Assembly (NCBI RefSeq): GCF_009914755.1
Contig: NC_060929.1
DNA from: the human T2T-CHM13v2.0 reference genome, Homo sapiens
DNA: 64,000 bases
Reading direction: 5' to 3' (one strand)
Shown: positions 53,010-64,000 of the stretch, piece after piece
How the letters are laid out: each line of letters opens with the position of its first letter
Numbering within the stretch: the stretch's first letter is position 1
The notes under the pieces: generated by a model
Told to the model about the DNA's origin: nothing
Databases searched by the model: none
The model's input: only the letters and a program-made list of their open reading frames with translations
Position numbers and translations under genes: made by a program

Positions 53010-53388
53010 AAGTCTGTTATTTTTCCTGCCCAGTGCCCCCCCTTCTCTTCGTAATTGTACTTTTCCTTTCGTAAACTGCCCCTGGTCCATTCTTCATGGT
53101 CTTAGGGAAACTGATAACCATGTCAGGCCATTCTCACTCTTTCCCTATACGCTGACTCTTGAGAAGAGTGGGACCTAGGGGAGGAAAAAGGAGGAGTCCA
53201 GGCCTCTGCCAGGCAGCATCCTGAGCGACTACACCACAGCCCCAGAACTGCCTCACATCCTCATCTTCCCAACACCTCCTTATTCAACTCCTCTCACTTC
53301 TAAGCTCTCCAATAAATCCCTTTCCATTTGCTTAAGTTGTCAAGAGTCAGTTTCTATTGCTTGTAAACCAAAGGACTCTGCCTAATAC
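53010..53388 (+). mobile_element. Old MLT1-family MaLR LTR
   Basis: 3' end 'aataaatccctttccatttgcttaagttgtcaagagtcagtttctattgcttgtaaaccaaaggactctgcctaataca'. Confidence 0.7.
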
Positions 53389-54534
53389 ACCCACCACCCT
53401 ATCTTTGAAGGGAGGAGTTGAGGGGATAGGGTTGCTATTGTATCAGCTGATGTGATTCCAAGATGCTTTAAATAGGCCCATTGTTCTTCTGAGTCTGCTT
53501 CCCGAACTTATCAATAATAATATAAATATGACAAGAAGTGCATAGCCTGTTCAGGTTGCCCCTAGCTGATGCGAAGGAGAGATAACTACTTCAAATATTT
53601 TGCTCCTTTTCTCTCCATCTGGCTTAGCCTTTGCAAAGTGTAGCCAGTGAAATAACACAGAGAGGAGGGAAAAGAATTTTTTAAACCTTCAAAGGGGCCT
53701 TCACTCTTTGCCTCATTCAGCAGCTGGTATCTCCAGTTGAATTAGTTCCTGCATAATTCCAACAGAAAACCCTTTGGCAGCCACTGGTCTTGCCCACCGC
53801 AGGCTTAGGCCCTCTTCTCTGCCCCAGAGGAACATCGTTGACGTGTCCTTCAGTGTCATGCATGTTTCCAGGCCTCTGGGGCACACCAGGAGATGTGTGT
53901 TGACTTCCTGGCTGTCTGATACCCAGCAAATCCTCCCACCCACCTCCAACACCTAATTGAGCGACAACCCTCCATATCACAGCAGCTGGACAGCGACAGT
54001 CTGTACCTCTCTTGTTCCAGCACGAAACAGAAAAGAACAAATTGGAGAAGAAGGGCTTTCTGCAAAGCCTCCTCTTCAATCCCCAGGTCAGAGAGCTGTG
54101 CTTAGTTTTTAACACAATGCACAGTCGGGCCTGAAAGCAGGCTGCTAGGGTGGGAGATTGCTGCTCCTGAGCCAAATGATGGACAATTTCTTGTCAGACT
54201 GGAGAGCAAACACAAACCTCTTCATGTCAAATGATGGATACGAGTGATGGTGAGGCTCTTGGAAAACCTCAGACAAGTGCTTAGTCACAGACATCAGTGT
54301 AATCCACCACCATTTAAAACCAATTGCAGGCATCCCTGTGATCAAGGCAGACAGAAACCTGGCGGGGACACAGCTTTTCTTACTAAAGCCTTCCTCTGTT
54401 TGTGTGCAGCTCCAAACCCAGCTCATGGTCAGAAGAGCAGAGTGGCCATGAGGAGAGAGGATCAGCAGTAATGACTTCAAAACTTTCACTCTTACTCCCC
54501 TTTCTCAAGTCTGTAAGAGGTCAAGTGCCTATCA

Positions 54535-55290
54535 CAGCCATTCATTCATGTGTTCATTCATTCAAGACATATTAATTTATTATAACAGCATGTCTGACAT
54601 GCTATAACTCACTCCTTCCCTTATTCCAGACAATATCCGTTGACTGCCTGACCTCCCCTGCTAAGTGCTATGGAGTGCATTATTTCTATGCAAAACTCTA
54701 GATGGTACGGCCCTTCAGGAACTTGCAGTCTTGGCAGGGGGAATAAAACATGGAAAAGACAACGAGAATACAAGATGGAAAATGATGAGTGTTATGAGAC
54801 ATGCAAACAAAACACAACAACACTTCAGAGAAACCATTGGAGGGGGTGATTAAGAGACGGATCAGGAAGCTTCAAAGAGGGAGCGAAATGTGAACCTCCT
54901 GCGGCAGGGTGAAAATGATTCTAGACATGGGATTGGGGCACCAAGGGGTTCAGTCAAAGTGCAGGTGGGGCAGCATAAAGAACGCAGAGAAACACCACCC
55001 TGATACCAGGATGGCACTCTTCTGCTGGTGATGGAGCACACTGTGGGGACATCCCAGGGAAACCAGCCTCTGGGTTCCTACCAGGAAGGCCTTGGGGCAA
55101 CATTCAGCAATCCTGGCTCCGTGAAGCCAGCTCAAGCTTCTTCACTGGAGAAAGGCATAACAGAAGAGGCACTTTAAAGATCTCCCTAGCTGCAGTGTGG
55201 AGGAATGGATTAGAGGAGGAGACTATTTTAAGCAGAAAGTCAAGTTAGAAGGCAACTGCAATAAGACAGGCCTTGAACTAAGGTTGTGAT
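54535..55290 (-). mobile_element. L2 LINE
   Basis: 'cattcattcaagacatatt', 'gcccttcaggaacttgcagtct' and 'tttaaagatctccctagctgcagtgtggaggaatggattagaggagg'. Confidence 0.7.
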
Positions 55291-55859
55291 ACCAAAGAGT
55301 AATGACACAAAGACAAGCTCTTATTGTGATGTCAGTCATACAATCCCAGAAAATAAGCACCAGGCTTGGCTTTGAAAACTAATGTGATTCCATACAGAAC
55401 TGGGCTCCAAGTCAGAAAGTCTTGTTTCCAGCCCCAATTCAAGTAAAAACCAGCTGTGTGACCAAGCAAGTCCCTTAGTCTCCCTGTGCCTTGTTGTCCT
55501 TGTCTGTTCCTATCCACAGTAACTCTTAATGGGAATTGCATAAATATGTTTTCACTTTTTTATAAGAACTAAAAAGACAAAGGCTCATAACAGAATTCTA
55601 CTATTCCTATAATGTGATCTGTCGAGGCTCTTTACTCTCTTAGTTTCTCTGTCAGAGATAATCTCACTCAAGACATGGGCTAATCTCAATTAAACCCATC
55701 AATTTCCATTTTTCTCAGCACCCATGGGCCAATTGATAACAAAAGCTGGTATATAAGAACTACACTAATGGATCCCAACACTGAGCTTTAGTCATAGGAC
55801 CTGCTCAATGTCTCAACGTCCAATAACTGCAGAAAGAGTAACAGACATCGTAGGGAAGG

Positions 55860-56075
55860 GAGGGAATCATAAATCCCTGCTCTGCTATGTACTATCTGTG
55901 TGATCTTGAGCAATACACTACTGAACTTTGATTTCTACGTTTGTTAAATAGAGTTAATAATCCCTACCCCTGGCACTAATGAGAGAATTAAAGAAATATG
56001 TTCCACAGAGCACAATGCCTGGCACATAGAAAGCACTTGATAAATGGAGGCTATCATTCATTGTTATTTTTATTA
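55860..56075 (+). mobile_element. MIR SINE
   Basis: 'ctgtgtgatcttgagcaa...agcacaatgcctggcacatagaaagcacttgataaatgg'. Confidence 0.8.
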
Positions 56076-57702
56076 TTGATGACATCATAGGCCATTGTTT
56101 CATGAATTTCAGACTGCAATATTTTTCATATTCATTCTAGCATACCAGATGGTTGCTTAAAAATATCTGAATCACAAAACAGCTTTAGACATTCCATTGA
56201 ATAAAGCAAATTTATTTTTTAAATTAAAAAGTCTCATATTTTATGTAAGAGATGCCTTTGTAGAGATAGTCTCTTTAAAAACACTATCACATGTTTTGCC
56301 ACTACTTCTTGACAAAATGTTTTTCAAGAAAAGAAGAAGCGCGCACACACAATTGTTCACTGTCAAGAAAATATATCAAGCCTGAGATGTTAACATTGCC
56401 AAAAGATGACAGTATTTGGCAGACCTAAAAGTATTTGTCATCTTAAAAGTATTTATGCAAAAGCAAAAAATAAACAATTCAATATTTTAGTCACTTTAGG
56501 TGATTACGGCAAGTCATTAGGTTTTTGTTTAAAATGTTCTTGGAGGAAATGCACCCTTTTCAACCAAGCTAGTTTTATCCTTTTGCATATAAAATTCAAG
56601 CCATTTCTTATGTTGTGTCTGTGTTACCTGTGGAGTGTTGGCATTTGCACAATGCAAGAGCTGAACAAAGCCCCTCCCTGCCTGCCCATTTCACCCCTCT
56701 CCAATGTTTTTGCAACACATTTTAAATTAAAAGCATTTATTAGCTGAAAGACCTTCAGCAACTCACCAACTTCCCAAGACTCAGTCTCCTCCTCTATTAA
56801 AAAGTTGAGATGGTGGTAGGGTTGAGGGGAGATAGACTACTAAATCCTGCTTGGCTCACCACACGGGGCTAAGAGAGAACGGATCTGAAAAATCTTTTTG
56901 TTAATGGTAAAGCCATTTAAAGGAAAAAAGGAGGTTGGGGAACGTTTAAACCATGAAGCAACAGCTTATTCAACTAAGACTTTCCTCAACGTTTGCCTTC
57001 CAGAATCCTTAAATAAATCCTTGTAAGGGAAAAAAAAAAAAAAGTATTCCTTTTACCTAAATGCAAGTCACTGTACTGTGCTCATGTAGCAGTGGAGGCC
57101 AAAATGCTCTCAATGGCTTTCCCTAATGATTTTTTTTTTTCATCAGAATTAAAGAAATGTATGCCCTTTTGAAACTATGAATGTGTATCTTGTGAAGTTA
57201 TAAATACATTTAGATCCATTTCTCTTCCCTTCTTATAAAGACATTGATGTGTTTTTTCTGACATGCCTCATGAACTCAGTCAATCACAAGTCTTTCTTAA
57301 TGGAAACCACATGTCTGCCCAGAACTGTGTAATTATAATGCTAGGATTCTTGGCACTGCCAGGAAAAGGGGCATTGTCAAACCAATTAAAGTTTATTTAC
57401 TTACATACCATTTCTGGATCAGAATGTTCTTTCTTTTATGCTGATGCTGAGAAAATATATATCTCATCAAGTTGTTGCAATTGTTTTTTTTGGACAGATT
57501 TACGTTTCTTACCAATTATATTCCTGGTTTTCAGTTCCTTTGCATGTAACTAAAAATTTCTTTAAAAAGACATCTGGGAACAGCATCATGAGATGTTCTG
57601 TAAATAAGACTTTGCACATTTCACACCAAAATTACTGTGCTTGTCTATTTTGCTGCTGAAGTGTAATTTTATAGGATTTATCTCCACTAAGGGGTATATT
57701 AA

Positions 57703-58147
<445 letters not shown>

Positions 58148-58364
58148 CTGTTTCTTTTAGACTTGTTAGGGATTGAGTGTGACCTACAAAGAGGTCTCTG
58201 GTTGGTATCTGGCACAACTACTGAATCGATGGATTATCAAGGGGGAAAAGTTTCTTAAAATCCTAGTGTTTTCCCTCTGAAAACAGGGATAAAAATTCTA
58301 CTCACAGGCATAGCAATGGTGATGAGAAATACCATGATTAGTAGAGAAAATAGTGGAATAAATA

Positions 58365-58520
58365 TTTGGAGTTAGACATCAACTACTCAAAGGGCAAGTC
58401 ATTTCACTACTCTGAGCCTTCTTTTCTTGTCTGTAAAATGGAACTAACAATACTCATCCTATGAGTTCAAGGGATTGCTCCAAATGTAAAATGACATAAG
58501 GAGAAAGCACGTGTAAAGAT
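58365..58520 (+). mobile_element. MIR fragment
   Basis: 'gggcaagtcatttcactactctgagcctt..ctgtaaaatgg'. Confidence 0.75.
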
Positions 58521-60409
58521 TATCACTGCCAATCTCTCTGACTCTGTCCAGCCTTCCAAGTCTAAGTCGAGAACCAAGATCACAAACCAGCAAAAGCAAA
58601 ACCAAGGAACAAACTTCATCTCAGATCATGGTCAGACCTAAAGGATTAAACAGACTGATGGAACATCTCAAATTCCAGTCCAACTGGGGAGGAAAGGGCA
58701 AGTCAAAATGTAAGTCTGTCCTAGGTAAATAGGCAGGCAGACAAGGAATTTGCAAATGCCTATGGTTGTCTCCGTCACTTTAAGCATTGTGGATAAATGA
58801 CCCCAGTTATCATCACAGCAGGTGGGAAGATGGGTGAGTTACTTGGGTTCTCCTGTCTCATTCTATGCTGGTTCCTGCACCTCAGCCAAACCCCCTCATG
58901 TGGTGGGTTAATCATTCCCCTTCCTGCAGGTGGGTGCGTCTCAGAAGGAGAACAACATGAGCTACATCTCTATCCCACCAACTTAAATAACTGTGAGATT
59001 CCTCTTTAACTTCCCCACCCAGGAAAGACAACGGGGAAACTCCAACAATATGAATAGACCAAAGAACACTCTAATTTTCTATAAGTACAATGAGCGATCT
59101 GATTCCAGATATTATTTGGGTACTGTGTACAGTGGCTTTGCCCAAACCCAGCAAGCAAGCCAACCTCAGCCTCTTTTAACTCTTGATCTTAGAGTCAAGG
59201 GGCCTTTCAACTTACAAAATCCACTAAGTCTAAATGTGTCTTGTTAAAGGGAGCTGTGAAAACACAACATAAGCAAGAGTGACACAACCTGCGGAGCTGT
59301 CACCTGACATCATAATCTACTAATGACAACTCTGGAACATCCCTTGCACGCCTTTTGAGTAAAGTATAATATTTCTTGGAACTCTACGCCTAAGATTTTG
59401 CCTGGCTTTAACACTTATAATCATATGAGCCAGAAGTCTCATAACGAGAGTGACTGATCTTGCATTACCATTTTACATTTTATCATTGGAATGGTTATTT
59501 TATCAGAAATTCATTTCAACCTCAAAATCCCAAACATGTCATTACATTAAGAGATCCAGTAGGGCAAAAAACACAGTTTTGCTCAAACTAATATGGCAGA
59601 AAATTCATGGATGACTTTTTGCATTAGGCAAGAATTCTTCACTCTTGACAATGCCAAACAACAAAGTTCTCTAAGTTCATTTTGATTATCAAAAATTTAT
59701 TCTGAATTTAACACTTCAGAAATGAATCAGTGACATGAGAGTCACACTTTCAGACTCCAGCAATACACAGAGAAAGCACTGATCCCTCTGACGAGTTCTC
59801 AGCTATCAATCAAGAGAAGCCAGGGCCTTCTAATTGGTTACCCTCTGCTTTGCCCAATAAGGCATCCACTTATATCCTGGTCAAGCTTTGAGGAAAACTC
59901 ATCTTCTGTCTCAGAGTTCATTTCCTCCTTGATGGGAGAATTTGGGGAATAGGAGTAAGTAGTAGAAAATTGGAGAAAGAGCATGCCAGGTGCTACCCCA
60001 GATTTTCCTTTTTCTACTTCTCCCCAATAACACATTGTCCTTGGATTCTTACTAGTGGCATAAAATCACCTGAACCTAAGTATTGGTGGTGTCTTCATGA
60101 TACAGTCATATTTTATTTAACAAGGCACAATGGTTTCATGTGGAATAGTCACTGCAGGGGAAACTTTTAGGCACAGTAGCAGATCAATGCTAGGGGGACG
60201 CTCATATGCTTGGCTTAGAACTGCTGTGAATTCAGCAGCAAATGCACAGGTGTCAGGATTCGGTGACTATATAATCTCCAAGGCTCTTCTGAGTCCTGAG
60301 TCTAAAAAGCTAAATAATCTTCCAGTGCAAGAGAGGCTCTTGACACCCCTCAGTGTGGTGTTGAGGAAAAAGCCCCGAACAGGGCATCCTGTGGAGAGCA
60401 GAATGACTC

Positions 60410-60540
60410 CAGGATCTGCCATTTGTTAAGCTCTGTGAGCTTGGATATATGCCTTACCCTCTCCGACCTTCTTACAGGGTCATTGTAAGGATTAACTGGA
60501 TGATTTAAGAAAGAACCCAGCACCCTGCCTGGCACAGGAT
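60410..60540 (+). mobile_element. MIR fragment
   Basis: 'ctgtgagcttggatatatgccttaccctctc..gtaaggattaac..cagcaccctgcctggcaca'. Confidence 0.65.
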
Positions 60541-62249
60541 CACTGCATGATAAAAATCTCAGTTCCTTCTTTCTTCATATCACAGTGCACTCTGTGCTAC
60601 TCCACCTATGGGGAGGGTGGCCCTTGCCTGAAACGATGAGCTAAGAAAGATGATCTCATCTTCGGTCACAGACTCGCAATGCAATTTTATCACATGACGT
60701 GCAGAGCCCCCCAAAACATATTAGTGAAACCTACTAGATTCCAGAGGTGCAATAACGGTGTCAAGTGCTGCATGAAGAGGACTTAGACTCCCTGAGGATC
60801 TCGGCCCTGTTTCTAGCTGTCTGGCCTCCAGCCTAGGAGAATACAAACAGCTATAACAGATTCTGGGCCCCAAATCCAACTTTAATTTACTGGTGACCTC
60901 ATGGCTTTCAGGAGCATTACACAGGACTTATCTGGAATTCACTCTTTCCAACACCCTTTCTTTTATTAGAGAAATCTGATGATCATGCTGATTTATCAGA
61001 TCTTTTTATCTAGAAAGGAATTTTTCTGGAAGTACTTAGTGTTGTTTTAACCAGATCAACAAACATGTCCGGGACTTTATAAATAACTTGTAAGCATGTA
61101 ATGTCTTAATATACTTCCTGGGTAAATTAGTGATGGCTTTGCTACAATTTTCTCTAATTTTTATGAAATTTTTAACTAACTCTCACTTTATAAGTTAACC
61201 ATAAAGATTGTTGTCTAGATTTGGACAGTTGTGATTTCTGTCTTTTACCCAGAAGTAAGGGGCAAAGGATATTGTTTCACTTTCTTCAAATTTGGTTTCT
61301 GAAAGTAACTTTAAAATGTGAGCTTATTCTAAATTACTTAATTCAGTTCTGGGTGTACATTTCTAAGGTTGTGGGGAGGCCAAAGACATGTAGTATTGGT
61401 GGAAAGTGAGGCGAATCTTAACACAATTTCTTGAAAACACTTAATATTTAGTAAAAATCCACTTAAGCAGCCTTACAGGAACTGGACACTTCTACCATTT
61501 ATTACTGAGTTTCTAGTTTAAAGACAACAAATGCAAGGAATTATGATACTCAAGCCCATTCCTAATAAAAGAAGGCTCACATCTTACGTGTCTAAATATT
61601 TAAAAGCTATAAAACAAGCTAGCAAACTTTTAAATGAAATATGTTATACCTCCTGTCTTGACAAATACTTCTTTATAACAACCTGGAAAGCCAACTTCGA
61701 TTGTAGAATTTTCAGTTCTTCAATGTTCCTCTCAAGTAGTCAGTGGCATAGGGAGGCCAGCCCCAACTACACCCCATCCTCTTCTCTTTCCACCTCTGGC
61801 TCTGATCCAAATCTCAAGGATCAGAACACAGCACACGTATGAACACAGCAGTGCTCACATCCAATCTCCCTCCTCATCCTCCACAAAAGCCCTTTGTCTA
61901 CTCCTCAAGACTCAGGGTGCACACATGAGTACACCCTGCAGAACCAAGCCTTGAAAGTGAACTCAGGGCCTTTGGAGCAGTGAATTCCTGGGTCCCAAGA
62001 ACGCTGAGCAACATCTTACAAGAGTGGGCAGTTTCCAGGTGGCCCCAGGGGTCTCTCACTCCCTGAGGAGAGCCAGACTGGGACCCTCTAAAGAGCAGAG
62101 GCCAGGCGGAGGACCCTTGAACTGGGTCTGTGAGCAGTGCTGGACATTCAGCCCCATTCCGAATAAATACTTCACATTCTACATAGCTAAGTATTAAATA
62201 TTTTGCAGTTTCCAGTTATCTAAAAATTGCTAATCCACATACGTAGAGT

Positions 62250-63360
62250 TGTTTATCCTCCGTCTACTCCTCAATTCCCCAAAATCCAGATTCTACCCTC
62301 AATGCATAAATTAAGCTGCTTTAAATTCACCAATGATGCCCATTCTGCCAAATCCAACTGACTCCCTATAGCTCTTTTCTTCCCATTACTTCTTTCTGGG
62401 TCTTGTTGAATCCATTCCTGATTTTCACTGGTGCTTGTCCTTACGCCATGCAAATTTATTCTCCAAACTAACACAATAGTAGTTAATGAATGAAGCACAT
62501 GTAACATGTCATCCCTCTTGTAAAACCCTCCAGTGGATCCCTGTGGCCCAAAGGAAGAAGTCCAAGCCTCCCAGACACAGGCCTTTGCTAGCTCTACAGC
62601 AGGCTCTCCCTCTACTCCTTACCTCAACGCTCATGTTCTTGTAGCGTCAAAGCACTCCTCACATCATTTTTGCATTCAACAGGAATTTACCAGATACCCA
62701 CTATGTGCCCCCTCAAGGAATGTTTTATACCTTTGCATATGTTGTTCTCTCTACTGTAAATGGCCCTGTCCTGCCACCATTTCCTTCCCCTCCCCTGCTA
62801 CCTCATCCTCATTCTGAAAGGCTCAATTCAGGACACTGACCTCCTCTAGGAAATCTTCCATCATATTACCTCCCATCAATTAGGACAGCCATTCCTTTTT
62901 TCCATGCTCCCAATGTCTCCTCCTTGCATCGCTTTCACTATACTCTATCTTATTAAATTTTAATGAAGTCCTCCACCCCCAAATTATGAGCTTCTTCTGG
63001 CCAGTCTTTTCTGTATTTGTTTTCCAGAGCCAAACACCCCATGTGTGATTGCAGAATGAACTAAACCCAATCTGTCTTGCTTTCTGCTCAGATGCAACCT
63101 CCTCGACAAGGCTTTCCTCCACCCTTCTCTAAAACTGCCCCTACTCCGCAAGCTCTAGCCCCTAACCCTGCCTTATTTTCCTTTACGACACTAACTACCT
63201 GAGATTATAGCATATATTTATTTCTCTTCCACATCGAGGATGAGAGTTCCACAAGGCCAGGGACTTTGTTCCCACTATTGACTGCCTGAATCCACAGAAT
63301 CTGGAATAGACAGGTATTCGATACATAACGTTGAATAAGCAAATGAATGCACTAAGTGTC
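62250..63360 (+). mobile_element. L2 LINE fragments
   Basis: 'taaaaccctccagtggatccc', 'gagagttccacaaggccagggactttgt' and 'gttgaataagcaaatgaatg'. Confidence 0.7.
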
Positions 63361-64000
63361 TGAACTACTTCAGCTTCCGAAAACTTCAATCATTTGTCTA
63401 TCATTTTACCAACCCACCTACCGCCCTTATTGTCATTTACTTAATAACTTTTCTTTAAATTGACTAGCTATTTTCAGCAAAATTATTCTAAAAGGAAACT
63501 ATATGTAGAAAACCATTCAACTGAAGGGAAGCACAAAAGTAGGCATATAATTATTAAATTCAAAATGCCTGTGTATCTCCTGAAATCATCTCACAGGCCA
63601 GCACCGGTGCTTTTACTGGTAGCTTACCACACTTTGGGAAGTGCTATTGACTTGATCAAACAGATCTTTGATTCCCCAACTGTGCCGGATCGCGATGTAT
63701 ATTATGTATGCTTTTCACCTAGTACTGAAAAATACCCACAACCTGAAGAGTTTAGTGCCTACACCCAAAGCATTTCTCTGTCATGGAAGCTTCAAAGGTT
63801 CAGTCCGAATACCACACTTCTCAAATTGCAGTGAATGAACCTCAAGCACACACAAGAGTTTTTGTGTTTCATTTTCTCTTTGAAAGAAAAAAAAAAATCT
63901 GACAGAAAAAGAAACAGAATGAAAGCCATATTGATGGCTCTTACCCAGAGACTCCACTCTGGGATGAAGCTATGCTGCAGCCTGAAACACTGGCAATTCC

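Noticed and set aside
53713-54489. Overlapping ORFs up to 152 aa
   Set aside because: No recognisable domain, mostly non-ATG starts, and no coherent splice structure.

Overview
Primate, almost certainly human, non-coding DNA that looks like part of a very long intron or gene desert next to a developmental regulator. It has no convincing multi-codon protein-coding gene; the ORF track is repeat-derived or chance. It contains one internally deleted L1PA7-like element (8.9-12.5 kb, minus strand), eight Alu/FLAM copies, many old MIR/L2 fragments, a CR1/L3 remnant, MaLR LTRs, MER102/MER5A DNA transposons and microsatellites. Long transposon-poor, motif-dense blocks lie between these and look like conserved enhancers. 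The main leads are: (1) a well-signalled 21-nt minus-strand microexon at 17556-17576, (2) a candidate minus-strand internal promoter/first exon with a Kozak-perfect 37-codon ORF at about 45.0-45.4 kb, (3) a permuted, microhomology-bounded local templated duplication at 5.05-6.8 kb, (4) a perfect 118-bp tandem duplication inside an old Alu at 57.8-58.0 kb, and (5) the CAT-microhomology ORF1/ORF2 deletion in the L1. I cannot identify the host gene from sequence alone. Boundaries of old repeats are approximate.
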